Assembly (NCBI GenBank): GCA_965644295.1
Contig: CBFFRP010000001.1
Span: 124,001-188,000, forward strand
DNA from: Paraphysomonas bandaiensis
Lineage: Eukaryota > Protista > Chrysophyceae
DNA: 64,000 bases
Direction of reading: 5' to 3'
Part shown: piece by piece, positions 10,601-24,001 of the stretch
How positions within the stretch are numbered: the first letter of the stretch is position 1
Layout: every line of letters starts with the position of its first letter
Notes under the pieces: generated by a model
What the model was told of the DNA's origin: nothing
Database searches by the model: none
What the model saw: only the letters and a program-made list of their open reading frames with translations
Made by a program: the position numbers and the translations under genes

Positions 10601-12410
10601 GGATTTACGCCGCATGATAGCAGCCAAGAGATCGGAGAAAGCAGCAATGATAAAACAGAGAGCTAAGGAGAGGGAAGAGAAGGAGAGCGGCACAACAGAT
10701 GATCTAATAGGGGATCATGAACAATCTGGAAGAATTTCTAATGATGTTGAATCAGCTCCCTTAAAAATAAAGAACGACGGTGGGTTCGTGATATATGATA
10801 CCAGCAAATTGGAGAAGGCTAATGATGGTGGTGAAAAGTCGGAAGCAGTATTGGTGCCTGATGAATGTAGTAGTGCCGAAGATGCGGCACATGTACATAC
10901 AACAGATGAAAATAATGACAGGACTGATGAGTCTCAAGGGGCAAAGGTGCCTAATTATTGCTATGGAGATATGCTCCACGGGGGAAAGTGCGACAGAGAG
11001 GGGAAAAATATAAAGTTTCAAGATTTCCTCGGCCAGGAATACTCTCCACTGAGTTCAGCGGCTCAAGTTAATATTGACAGTTCTGACAAAGATATGGTGT
11101 TATATTCGGAGGAAGTATGCAATGTGGAGTATGATAAAAGCAAATTAGATGGGGAAGAGTGTGAAGATGACCGAGGTGCATACAGAATTAACAACCTTCA
11201 TGACGCGAAGTCAGGATCGTTTCCGCGTTTTGGAACAGTGATGTACTCTCGCGATGATATAGATGTACATCGCAAGCGTGCACAGTCGGGAGAATTCAGG
11301 AAACAGTCTAGGAGCTGCTGTGATCTGTTGGCTAGCTGTTTCAGCTCGAGGGACGAGAGGATCTCGCCTGTGTCTCCACTGAAGAAAGGAAATCGGAATG
11401 TAGAAGAAAGATCCAAAGGTGAAATTGAAGGTGCCCGAGATGATGTCGCTTTTCCTCTGGAATACGACGTTGAAGGAGAAGATGTCGCTGAGTTTAGCGA
11501 GGGTGACAGCTCTGTTGTGTCTGGGTCTAACGACGACGAATTTGGGAGCATGCTATTGGCTATGCAAGACGCTCTTGCCATGCCGGCCAGGCAACCGGTG
11601 TTGAACGAGGATGGCATAGAAGTGGAGGAGGACGGAGATGAGTTCGAAGAAGAAGAAGATGGCATTGGTGACGAAAGTGGTGATGATGAATCCGTCGAGT
11701 CGAATGCATGTCCTTCAGATTGGTCTCTCTGTGGCGATGATGAACAGCACGAATATGATGAAATCGACGTGTGCGATAGAGGTGAGGAGCAACAAATGAC
11801 TCTAAATATTCAGAAATCTCCAATTAAGAGGAAAACGTCTCAACCCCTTGCAGCTTATTTTCCAACGGAAAATGAGGGACAAAAAAATAGCAAGCCCGTG
11901 GATGTGGGGCCTGAGGTCTCTCCTACTCCGGACGAAATTTTACAATTGGCAGAAAACCTGTTGACGAAAAACCGCATCGCTGAAATTAATGGCGTAGACA
12001 TGAACCCTGATTTAGAAGATGTGGAGTTACGAGGGAGTGGTTCTTCGTTGGGATCCTCATGGGGAGAAAATGACTCTGCGACAGAGGAAGGAAGTGATCC
12101 GAACTTTCACGTTACTGTTTATGGTGTACCATTTCCCCTCAACGATGTAGTACGCAGTGCAAATGGAATTGAGATTGATGAGGATCACTCTCCAGCATCT
12201 CGAATGGAAGCCCTCAGAGAGTATTTAGAAGATGCACTTGGTGTAGATAAATTCATCAAGGCTTACAGACTGCTGAAGGCAGTGGATCCCAAAGACGATG
12301 ATGACGCGCTCCTGGCTTCCATGGAAGCTATTGTTGGTGTCGACGGACTTCATTATATGGATGCATTTATACAGCTCATAACTATTGAGGATCGATTTGA
12401 ATCAAGTTGA
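7635..12410 (+). CDS. NEK1: NIMA-related kinase, NEK1-like (approx. exons 7635-8251, 8350-8562, 8614-9211, 9327-10229, 10278-12410)
   Basis: GEGSFG, HRDLKSQNIFL, DFG, IGTPYFMSPE kinase motifs, coiled-coil and low-complexity middle, NEK1-type C-terminus RMEALREYLEDALGVDKFIKAY. Confidence 0.85.
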
Positions 12411-12637
12411 TCACTTTATTCCGACGGAATCTTTGTATAGCCAAGTAGCGTATGCTGTTCATAGTTTTAATATATTTAATACGGGCAACTATTTTGATAA
12501 TAATGTACATCCATTTTATATAATCTACGATTTTAATTTCACGATGCCATACATATTCTAACATTTCAAGTATAAGTAATGGTCACCACTTTGCACTCGA
12601 AAAAAACTAACTTTTCAAGGTGTCCAGGTGTCATTTG

Positions 12638-12950
12638 CTTGCAAAACTCAGTCGTAACAATCTTAGCTCTGCTAAACAACCTCTCACAACATTAGCAGTG
12701 CTATACAAATGCTTCATGCTACGATATTGTGTTGGCAGTGTAATGCGTGCTTTTTTGTGCTTCCTTCTTCTGTAAACGAGTGTCCTCTTTCTCTTCATCA
12801 AAAGGTCACCTTCGTGTGCAGGTACATCATTTATCATTTTGACTACTGCTTTCTCGAAATATGCATGCATTTTGAAAAATATCTGTGACTGCACCCAGCA
12901 GGTGGAATTTCATCCCAGGGTACTGACGAATTAAATCATCAAATTGTACC
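12638..12950 (-). pseudogene. hAT transposase C-terminal relic
   Basis: Frameshifted FDDLIRQYPGMKFH...FEKAVVK...STANVxERLFSRAK; homologous to 47366-47760. Confidence 0.65.
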
Positions 12951-13212
12951 CGGACATCTCATCTAGATCAAGCTGCTCTTCTCCATCTGATTATACTCCA
13001 TCTACTTCTTCCTTGCGATTAATAGCAACACGTCAACATCAAAATCACACACACAGATTAGTGGATAACTCCATATACCTCATGACCATCATATATCATA
13101 GAGCGAACTCCATTTGATGGTCATTAGCTTATCAGGAGGTAGTAGGTAATTGTTGCAGGTTGCACCATGGTGCTCGCAGCGATGCACAAGCAGTCCCGAG
13201 ACGGTTGCCCGC

Positions 13213-13311
13213 CACTAGTAGTATATAGCAAATCTAGTTATTAGCTAGTCTATAGACATAAACTAGTTTCTGTACGCAACCGTACTCATGTAATAATCAG
13301 ACTTTCATATA
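13213..13311. repeat. Dispersed ~100-bp repeat, inverted copy at 32139-32239
   Basis: AAACTAGTTTCTGTACxCAACCGTxCTCATGTAATAATCAGA shared between the two sites in opposite orientation. Confidence 0.7.
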
Positions 13312-14472
13312 TAGGTAATTGTTGCGCAGCTTACTTGCATTTTTCAACTGGCGTATTTGGTTCTTAGTTAGATAAGATTATCCACCAACAAGTTGGAGTA
13401 CCCCTCAGTTGCAATAAACTCCATTACAGCCAGGTTATTTTGTGACTTGCGCAACCAGTTAAAGGTGCAGGACGCTTCCCACCTGACTGTCCAATTAATA
13501 GTCTGGCCATTTTTAGGTTACAAGAGCAATGCTGCCACCAGAAATAAACTCAACAAAATTAAAGTCCTAAATCCTATTACTGTTACTCATCAAACAGATA
13601 GTCTCCTGTTGATTCTGCTGTAAATTCCCATGTCGGAATCCTCATCTTCATCTTATACTCCATCGTCTAGCAACACGTGTTGCAAAACAACTTTTGTCGC
13701 AAACAGAAAGCACAGCAAAATATTGCTCTTCAGCACAACCCCATCCGTCAACAACTAAAAAACATATGTGCTTAATTATAATATGTATTAGTGCCCTCTT
13801 CGTTAATCTCCTCCAAATATTTGATTAATAAGTTTGTTCTAGATATCGTACTTCCGAATTGGAGTATCTCCTTGAATTTTTTCTCTCGACAATACTGCTT
13901 TCATTACTGTGTACTCTGAAGTAATGGCTTTTAAGAGTAAGATAGTATTAAAACTTAGAATACAGCTTTTAACTGCTCGCAAACAAGCAAACCTCAACAA
14001 TATAATTTTTTAATCCTGTTTATAGAGGGCAAAGCGGAATAGAAAATAGAGCGTTAAAATAGTGTGACTAGGTTTTTCAACCTAATTGACTATGGGTTGA
14101 ATAATATTTCCCTTTACATTTTGCTAGATTTAACGTCGTATTGTGTGTGTCAGCCTGTGACCTGTTTTATAGTACATTCGATATCGAAATATGGATACAT
14201 TATTATCACATATACTACATATATATATTTAATACCAATGTGAAGCTCTAATACCAATAGTTGTGGTATTTCCCACTATGTTTGCAGAGTGGTCCCTCCT
14301 CCAGCTGCGTTATATGTATATAAGACACCATAATTTATGTTTCTTAACAACCAAAAGAAAAATCGAATGCTCGATGTAAAAGGCAAAATATACTTGAATT
14401 TGAAGTCAAGAAAACGTCGAATTCCTATATACACTACAGTCTAATGTATCAATGAAAATATATTCGTTCAGT

Positions 14473-16401
14473 CTATTCTATTCTCTCAATAATCGGTTTA
14501 AAGTTGTTGAGCATGTACTTCATGTACCTATCATTCCTTTTGGCTTGCACCAGCCATTCCGGCAAAAAATATTTATCATCAAGCACAGCTCCACGTTCTA
14601 CTAGAAGGTGAAATATCATATCATGACCCCATTTGCTCGCGTGAATTAAAGCAGTATGACCCTCCTATATACACAGTCAATTATATATACTAATTTAAAA
14701 AGTTTTATTGGGTAATTTCATGGACGTACCCGACATTCGATCTCCAGCTCAGCACCATATTCTAATAACTTATTCACAATACTTTCATGTCCCCACCTAC
14801 AGGCCTCCATGAGGGCCGTAAACCCGTCCTAGTAAAAACCTCAGTTCAAATGGAGCAGAATTCACCATGCTTACAGTATTCTGCATATCGACTACAGCTC
14901 CAGCACTTAATATTGCATCAACAACGACTTCATCACCCACACGACATGAAATAATAAGGGCTGTATCACCATACTGTTGAAAAAAGTGACGATATCATCG
15001 ATAGTGATCGGTCACTTACAGAGTTACTGATATTTACGTCGCTCCCTGCCTCAACAAGTGCCATGGACATGTCTTGAAGACCCCAGACACACGCAAAGGT
15101 GAGTGCAGTGTTACCATTCTGTCATAACACGAGTTTAATGGCATTCCAACAATACGGAAAACACAATTTCACATCATACTAAACAAACAAAAAAATATCA
15201 TACCATATCATATATACGTACCATACCATATCATACCATGCCATATCATACCATATTATATCATGCCATATGTACCTACCATGCCATATCATATCATACC
15301 ATACTATAGCACGCCATATCATAGCATACTATACAATACAAAATCATATATACGTACCATGCCATATCATATCATACCATACTATATCATACTATACCAT
15401 ACTATATCATACCATACCATACTATACTATACCATATCATACTATATCATATCATACCATATCATCTATACGTACCATGCCATATCATACTATATCATAT
15501 CATACTATATCATCTATACGTACCATACCATATCATACCATGCCATATCATACTATATCATATCATATATACGTACCATGCCATATCATACTATATCATA
15601 TCATACTATATCATATATACGTACCATGTCATATCATACTATATCATACTATATCATATATACGTACCATGCCATTCCATACTATATCATATCATATATA
15701 CGTACCATGCCATATCATACTACATCATATCATACTATATCATATATACGTACCATATCATATCATATCATATCATACCACACTATATCACATCATACCA
15801 TACATTATCATACCATACCATATCATATCTACGTACCATGTCATATCATACTATATCATATCATACTATATCATATATACGTACCATGCCATTTCATACC
15901 ATATCATTCCATACTATATCATATCATACTATATCATATATACGTACCACGCCATGCCATATCGTATCATTCCACACTATATCATACCATACCATATCAC
16001 ATCATACCATACATTAGCATACCATACATTATCATATCTACGTACCATGCCATATCATACTATATCATATATACGTACCATGCCATGCCATATCGTATCA
16101 TACCACACTATATCATATCATGCTATACCATACCATACCATATCACATCATACCATACATTATCATACCATACCATACTATATCTACGTACCAAGTCATA
16201 CCATATCAATATCATATCATGCCATACCATATGTACGTATCATGCCATATCATACCATAACACCCTGTACCTTATCATACCATACTATATGATGCCATAT
16301 ATACGTACCATGCCGCGTTCATTCAGATCGAACTCTCTTCTATTTAGTAACTGCTTTAGAAGAATAAAATCCTTCGCCTCCACTGCACCGATCAAAGCCA
16401 T
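14473..16401 (-). CDS. Ankyrin-repeat protein, 5 exons (16401-16309, 15118-15020, 14973-14875, 14828-14730, 14664-14473)
   Basis: Not in the ORF track. Spliced translation: MALIGAVEAK...NERGM / NGNTALTFACVWG...SNS / YGDTALIISCRVG...QNT / DGFTALMEACRWG...ECR / EGHTALIHASKWG... All introns are GT-AG and phase 0. The 3' end is less certain. Confidence 0.85.
15195..16308. repeat. Pentamer-based satellite (ATCAT/ACCAT/ACTAT) with higher-order unit containing TACGTACCATGCC, inside intron 1 of the ankyrin gene
   Basis: Direct reading; about 15 TACGTACC cores at ~35-135 bp spacing. Confidence 0.95.
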
Positions 16402-16680
16402 TGTACACTTTTATGAATACAAAATTAGGTGAAGCATCATTACCCGACGGACATATTTATTAGTATATTTAGCGGAGATGGTCATCGCAGTGTCAGCATA
16501 TGAGACCATCGTATACTGTAACTGCGTGTGTAGGCAGACAGGTCATAATATTGGTATTGTTGATATCCCCGCTTTATATACAAAAAGCCTTGTTTTTGGA
16601 TTAAAACTTGCAGCGATTGAGGTTAACGCACAATTTTCGAGTGGAGTACCCATACTCCACTGTATATATACCCATCCGGT

Positions 16681-17586
16681 ATGAGATATGGTCACTTTCC
16701 AATGCTTCATCTGAAGGCGTCTTTCATTGTCGTAATAATCCTCAGTGCGGCGGTTGAATATTCGATTGGTCGTCGTATAAAGATGAAAGTGGATAGATCG
16801 GATGGTGATGGAGGTGCGGGCATAGTTCTCACTCCCTCGAAAGGAGAATACAGCAATGTTGTGTTTTGGTTTCATGGATTGGGCGATACAGGTGCGCTGC
16901 TGCTCTCTCACTGCACTCACTCATTGTACTCGCAGCTGATGGATGGGCCTCTGCAATGCCGCAATTAGGCATTCCTGATACCAAGTTCGTGCTTCCCACT
17001 GCATCTTCTCGGCCGATATCGCTCAACATGGGCATGCCCATGCCCGGGTGGTCCGATATATATGGATTGGATCACTTATCGGCGGAGGATGCTAAGGGGT
17101 TTGCTGAGTCCGCAGAACGCGTGAATCGTTTGATTCAGCATGAGATTGAGAAAGGTATTGATCCCTCGAAGATCATTCTAGCCGGGTTTTCTCAAGGCGG
17201 GGCGCTCGCCCTTCATGTTGCACTTCGTCATCAGACTGCTTCGTTTGGTGCATGCGTTGCTCTGTCTACATGGCTGCCTCTTCGTGCAGATTACCCAGCC
17301 GCTTTGTCTTCGAAAGCATCAAATTTACCAATACTGCAAGTGCATGGCTCCGCAGACAATGTAGTAAATCATCAATGGGGAGAAGGATCACACCACGCTC
17401 TTAAAAGCATGATATCCAGCCCAACACCAGAGTTTATGACAATACAGGTATGGTATTTTTATTTTCAATAGTCTAAGTGTTATGTCCTAATATATTCTAT
17501 TTGTTTCACAGGGTATGGGACATAGTTCTCATCCACAGGAAATGGAAGCTGTTAAGAGCTTCATTTCAAGGATTCTTGGTGTGTAG
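16681..17586 (+). CDS. Phospholipase/carboxylesterase (acyl-protein thioesterase LYPLA/APT family) with N-terminal hydrophobic signal (exons 16681-16891, 16936-17447, 17512-17586)
   Basis: WFHGLGDT, GFSQGG nucleophile elbow, HGSAD, GMGHS catalytic His. Confidence 0.9.
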
Positions 17587-17948
17587 ACATATACACATGA
17601 ATACTATTCATTGTGGATGCTTCTGTAGAAATGGTTACGTATGTAGTTGGCTGATTGGCTATCTATTTATGCTTGATAATAGCTATGGTGTAATTGTTTC
17701 TGACATATAGGCTTCAACTAAATTATAAGTAGGAGAAACATATCACTTACATTAATGATATTATTATAAGATAGAAGGGGCTGTAGGGTTAATAACAAGT
17801 ACGTAATCATATCAGCACTAAAAAACAAGTTTCTGATTAACCATATCTAACATGCTACCGTGCTTACTCCACAAGCAAAATAATAATTCTAGACAACTAC
17901 TCTACATAGGTTATATTACTTTAGAGTCAAGCTATTATTAGAACGAAT

Positions 17949-18043
17949 CAGGGTCTGGTTACCATTAGTTAATTGTAATGGCAATTAATGGAACAACTCT
18001 CCACTATTATAATGGCATTACCATTAATGTTTACAAGGCCCTG
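17949..18043. mobile_element. Degenerate hAT-type MITE
   Basis: CAGGG...CCCTG ends with an imperfect ~20-bp TIR; TSD eroded (5/8). Confidence 0.45.
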
Positions 18044-18421
18044 GAAAAACTACTAGTGGTGAGTGCTAAATACACAAACTATGGAAGTGTTTTCGATATT
18101 TCTCCAGTATTAAAAAACTAAGCCTAAATAGGCAAGATATATAACTAAATAACTAAGTGAGAGCAGGGTCCCACTCTCTATTTTCTTAACTAATCCTTCC
18201 CCTCAGAGATAGCTGACCGAAAAAGATGGAGTCGACTGTATTAATGGACTATAATATGGTAATTAACAACTCTATACATAACTCACTTTCCTTACGACAA
18301 GGAGAGATCATAATATAATTGTCGATAATACGACAATTACGGGTGCACTAACAATCATCGTACTGGTGATGTCACCTCAGCACGCAATCTACATTCGGAA
18401 ACCTATCCGCAAATAAACATA

Positions 18422-19949
18422 CTATGACCCAGCGGCAAACATATGGCCTCGTAGAGAAGGATGTGACCTGACTCGTCGAAACCCTCCGCTCTTCCATGAC
18501 ACCCAGTCTGATATCTTCTGCCAGATTTGCCTAGGATCTGGTTGGAACAAAAAACCTCCATGTGTCCACTCAGGATCGACCTCGACCGCACACTTAAGGT
18601 TGTTATTTGATATATAGGAATATATATCGTAGGTGGGAATACACACGTCCTTCCCGCTGAGGACCACTAGACAGTGTTCATTAAGGTCTCCGCCAGGATG
18701 AGATGCCATCGTTTCTGCAAAAAAAGTGAACCTTTTGTTCAGCTGTTGTACCGCAACATCTCCCTTTACAAACCACATGCTGAACATCTCCTCGAGGTTT
18801 GGCTGGGAAAGGAGTCCCATTAAAGTTCTCATTTTGTACTCAGCGGAGAAAATGACCCACTTGTGAAACGAAACGCCGAAGCATATAGCGTCGATGTACA
18901 CCCGTCTTGCTAGCAGAAACGGCCGATTCGAATGAATGTAATTCATCACAATGGTACCCTGGACACAACATCAATCAGATAACACGCGAAGAAATACAGA
19001 AACGAGGATTACTCACATAGCTGTGCGCAATAGCATCCACGTTAGTTGCACGAGACCCATCAGAGTTGAATAGCGTACCCACAATGCCAGCCACAGAATC
19101 TGCATACTCACTGGCAAGTAGACCGTCGTGTCTGCGGTTATCAGCCCAACTGAGAGAAATATTAGGCCACTCAGGCACTACTGTGGCTCTACTGTCATCC
19201 AGAAGACTTCTTATAAAACCAATATACGGGACTGCTCCGAAACCCAGACCATGCATGAAAAAAAGAGGTCGAATGGAATCGCCAGATTGACCCTTAGAAC
19301 TTCGATTTCCAATCGCCGGCCGGATCCAATAGACAACATTGTATTCATCCACAGTACGCCTGAATCCCATTTGCTTCAATTCTCTCTCGGCATAGAGTCG
19401 TGCAATTGTTATGATGGACTGAACAAATAAAGGTTTGTAGTACGCGTTGATTGAGCCCCGCCCAATGCTACAGAAGTCAACGATACCAGAATTGGGGTTG
19501 ACGGCTTCAGTTTTCGTGCTGCGTGGAATCCAGGCAAGAGACGGGTTGGAATGCAGTTTAAACTGCCCCCTCATCTCAAGATCAGCAAGAATATGTCTCC
19601 CAGTATCCACTATACAGCTAGGGTAACAGCCGTCTTCGTAACTCTCGAGCTCTCTCATAGTCAGATAGAAACATATCCAGTGCAGTGCTCTCTCTCTCGG
19701 TATTCTCTGTATGGGGGCTTGAAATACAGTCTCAAGCAACTCTCGCGGGCGGGGCTGAGACTGCATTTGGTTTCTAAACCATTCTTGCCAATGACTCGGC
19801 TGGAAGCTTGAGCTTAAACGTGATAAGGGTTGCTGCTCCACACGTTTGACTCGTCTGCACCATCTCATATACGCCAACACCTCTATCACAGCATAGAAAG
19901 AGAGACATCCACCTGCTATTGAGGCTATTGCACTTGATGCGGCCTTCAT
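18422..19949 (-). CDS. Alpha/beta-hydrolase with N-terminal TM anchor (exons 19949-19017, 18958-18422)
   Basis: FMHGLGFG oxyanion motif, AHSY|G nucleophile split by a GT-AG intron, LSGKD, WTHGGFL. Confidence 0.85.
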
Positions 19950-21884
19950 GATTTCACTTCGACTAGAAGGGTCACAAGTAGCACTGAATAGAATATCTCT
20001 GCTCTATTTGTACAGAGTATGGCTCTGTGTGTGTGCAGTGCATATACATACATATACTGTACACTGAATAGTGTGGGCATCAGGGATGCATACGAAGTAC
20101 TGTAGCGCCCTGCTGTGGTGTATGTTCATACGTTATCTGGACTATACGCTGCTGTATAAACAGTATACCTCCACTGCACGGTCATGTGATTGGTCCGCTA
20201 GGAATTCCTACTTCCAGACTTCGTACACTTCGTACTTTTACGACGTCGTCGTGGACTTGGTAGGAATTCCTACGAAGTTGGTATTTCCTACGATCGTCGT
20301 AACAATTCCTGCAACTGCACTCAATCCATCATAAAAACTGGGTATTTTAGAATGTAAAATTGTACAAATACAGACAGGAATCAAGAAAGTTGCATGAACT
20401 CACTCCATCTTTGGTATGAGACAGTGTCAGTGTGACAACTTCATGGAACAGCGGTCGACGGTCATAAGGATGCGCTTGTAATGGATATAGTCTAGAATAG
20501 GTCACTGAAAATCTATAATGAATCGATATTGCAGATATTAAACAGCTGCCGAGAGAGCACTGATCGTGAAGGCCACCTTATTAAACGATACTTCGTCCGT
20601 GTATTGTACAGCAGTGGAAGGAACCCCAATAGAAACGGTGATACGGATGAAACCACTCGTTATGCTCAGGAGCTTTACCACTGCATTCTCCACAAACAAA
20701 ATGTCGGCATATATGGAGGCACGACTTAAATGATGATTGCTCTATCAGTCTTGACAAGAAATTTCTGAGTAACGAAAGGTTCCAAGACCTGGAGAAATCT
20801 CTGACAGCGAGATGAAACGCAGGATGCAGAAGTCTTAGAACTCACGAAATAACCCTTCGAATAGAACTTCAGTCATGAAATCAATTAAGAATTGTGTGAT
20901 GACGCAGCAACAAAGTCAGTGGTTTATGCACTTGTTTGTACGAGGGGTCCTGAGGAGTCTTCTAGTAAAGCTAGACTAAATTTATGAATTTATGCAGCCT
21001 ATTTTATGCAGATTTATAGATTTTACCAGTAGACGTATCCATTGGTTCTGTATGGGCGGTATTTCTCTGAGGTATATATTATTCAAAATTGTCTGATTGG
21101 TTGAATTACCTAGTCATGCTAATTTTGTTTTAACAGCCAAGGCGATGCATTCAATATCTGCATTCATTAAGTAATACTATACACCTAGTCATCCTTGTCA
21201 TTGTAAATTAAAATTATGAATTATTTAATGATTAGATTTTGAGCCTATTGACTAGTTTTTTACACTATTTTTTAATCTTTAATGTGACTAAAAAATTACA
21301 ACAAACTAACTAGGTCCAATGGTAGACCCCTTTCTTTGATGATTCATAAGTATTGTAAATTGTACTGGCCTATGTGCGCTAGATAATAATATGATATCTC
21401 TCTACAAACGTAAAATTTAAGTGATATTGTGATGATGTTGTCAATCTCCGACAAACCGCAAGTAGATCTCGAAGAGAGTCTACAAAACTACGAAATAATG
21501 ACACTATGAGTGTAGACTTGAGTGTGTGAGTGCTGCTTCCGTTTATGATGATTATAACTAAAGTGGGTGAATTATGGAGTCATTAATGTACAAGGATAAG
21601 GTTGTTGCGTCATGGTAGACTAGCACCGCCTTTTTTAGTCATTTGTTTTCTATTGCCAGCTTCTCTAGTAATATGCAAATTACCGTTTCACATTTTTATC
21701 TGTTGACTATTTCCCATGTATAATTTGCATTATCACCCTAGATTCAATTCTGGCAGCAAATTCATATCTTGACAACAGGTGTGAATTCACTATACGATTT
21801 AGATACTTCTACACAGGACAAACCCTAATTCGCCATCTATACCTAGAACATTAAGTACATACTATAAGAAACATAACAACAAAT

Positions 21885-23666
21885 TCAGTCATCACCACTG
21901 GGAGGTACAGGAATAGGTTTTTGCTGCCTCAAACATTCAATCTCTTGTTGCATTTCATACACCCTCGTGAGTGCAGTCTTCAGCTGTACTTTCGTTTTCT
22001 TCAATACCTCTTGCAGGTCCTGTACCACCTTCTCCCTGGAATCCCATTCTTCCTGCTTCTCAGGCGTAAGACCAACTGATTCAAAGTTCGCAAGCTTGTC
22101 TTTGACCTCATTCATACACAACTCCATTGCAGCAGCATCAGCCTGAGCCGCCATTGCTTGGTGATAGTAATCATCTGCCTTCCTTACTTCACTCTCATAT
22201 AGACATTTAAGCTCCTCTATGTACCGTGTAGCCTCATCTAACTCAGACTCCTTCTCAGTAAGTGAACGCTTTACAGATTCTAGCTCATCACATTTCATCG
22301 CAAGTTTTTGTTCCATATTTTTTCTGAGGTCGTCGCTGTGAACCTTTGCAGCCATCGTAACCTTCCCGATTCTCTCCTGTCGGTTGCAATTCGCCTGTAG
22401 TTCAGAGATGCGGTGGTTTAGATCAGCTACAACCTTTTCCAGATCATTTTTTTCTTTTCGTATCGACGTGAGCTCACTTTGCACTGCTTTAATTCGCTCT
22501 TCGGACAGCGTAAAACGACCAGCACTCAAATTGATTCCGGTCCGCAGTGCATCCATCTCTCGCTTGTCTTCGCGCGACTGCTCAAGTTGTTCCTGAACCA
22601 ATGGTCGAAGGGCTGTTACCTCGGATTCATAAGCTGCGCGTAAAGAATTCAGCTGTGTGGTAGCCTGAAGAAGAGAATCACGCATCAACGCCTCGGATTG
22701 CATGAACTGTCGGCGTTCGATATATACATCCTCAATCTGTTTATTTAAATCCCGAACTTGCATTTCAAGAGCATCTATAGTGGATTGCTGCCGAACCGCG
22801 CTCTGATGACGACTACCTTCGCTAAACAGTCCATCATACCTTAACTGGCAGTAAATTAGCGCTGTTACTCACATAATGGTGGAATACCTTGAGTGCAGCA
22901 TGAGCCGCTGATACAGAACTTAGTTCTTTTTCGGTAACGTCAATACGATTCCGGAGATTCTCAATTAAATTATCGGTCTGTCTGTCCGTTTCTGAAACTT
23001 CTACACGCTTTAGCGCCTACGAATCATATGACATAGGAGAGGACAACACATGACTATAAATACCTTATTAACTTCGATGTATGATGATGCCAGTGAGACA
23101 GTGTTCTCTAGTTTCGGTGAGCATAGAGGTGGCAAGCCTAAATCCTCTTCAACCTCAAATCCACACTCTTCCAATAATTTAGCACTCAATTCAAATATTA
23201 AACTTTTAAAACTTTCAGCCAGCTTAATGATATTATTTATCTGCGCTGTGGGTTCGGCGCCCATCAGTTTCTCGATATCAACAGAAAAATCGAACTGAAT
23301 ATCAGGTTTGAGGCTCTTCTCATGAGCAGATCCGAATAACCGTTTGCAAAGATCTTGAATCACCATCGAATCAAACTTCGTCTTTAAATAATACTGGACG
23401 AGATTCTCTTTGAAGGACGGCTGTGATGCGGCTTGCTCAGCAGAGTAGAGACCTCGAACCAGACGCCTCGACTGAACTTCATCCTCGTGAATCTTGTTGC
23501 CCAACTCTTTTGCTTTAGGAAGTAACTGTCTCGCATCACAAGATGATTGTATCGCTTTTCTTCCAGTGGTCTGTTCTGCTGCAGGAGAGGGCGGCGAGGA
23601 GGCGTAACGGACACTTTTCATGCTAGCTGAGGAGGGTCTCGAAGTAACGGGCGGCTTCAGTGACAT
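21885..23666 (-). CDS. Coiled-coil protein of unknown function (approx. exons 23666-23070, 23008-22888, 22841-21885)
   Basis: Two long ORFs (218 and 292 aa) bridged by short GT-AG introns; heptad-rich E/K/Q/L sequence. Confidence 0.7.
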
Positions 23667-24001
23667 GAATCCACTAATAAAAACAACAGTAGCACGATGT
23701 TGCTGCTCTTATCACTTAGCTTTCCATACCCAGTCGGGTTCCTGTGTGGCCCTTTTGATCAAACTGCTGCTGTATGTTCCTGTGCTCTGCAGTGGACTGT
23801 TCCTCCCTGTGTATGTATGTGTATGTATGTATATATATACACTGTACTCGTACCCTATACTGGTATACCGTATACCGGTGTATGTCGTCCTCTGTATACA
23901 GTATGTGTGTATGCTGTGGTGCTGTGGGATGTGAGCTGATATCATTGGTGCGTGTTGTTGGACAGCGACTAACTCAAATACCAGTGAATTGAACGTTATG
24001 T

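Noticed and set aside
15195-16308. CRISPR-like repeat/spacer periodicity
   Set aside because: The intervening sequences are themselves pentamer repeats, not unique spacers; eukaryotic context, no cas genes.
15263-16432. 389-aa and 340-aa Y/H/I-rich ORFs on the plus strand
   Set aside because: Artefacts of a stop-poor satellite strand; they lie antisense within intron 1 of the ankyrin gene.
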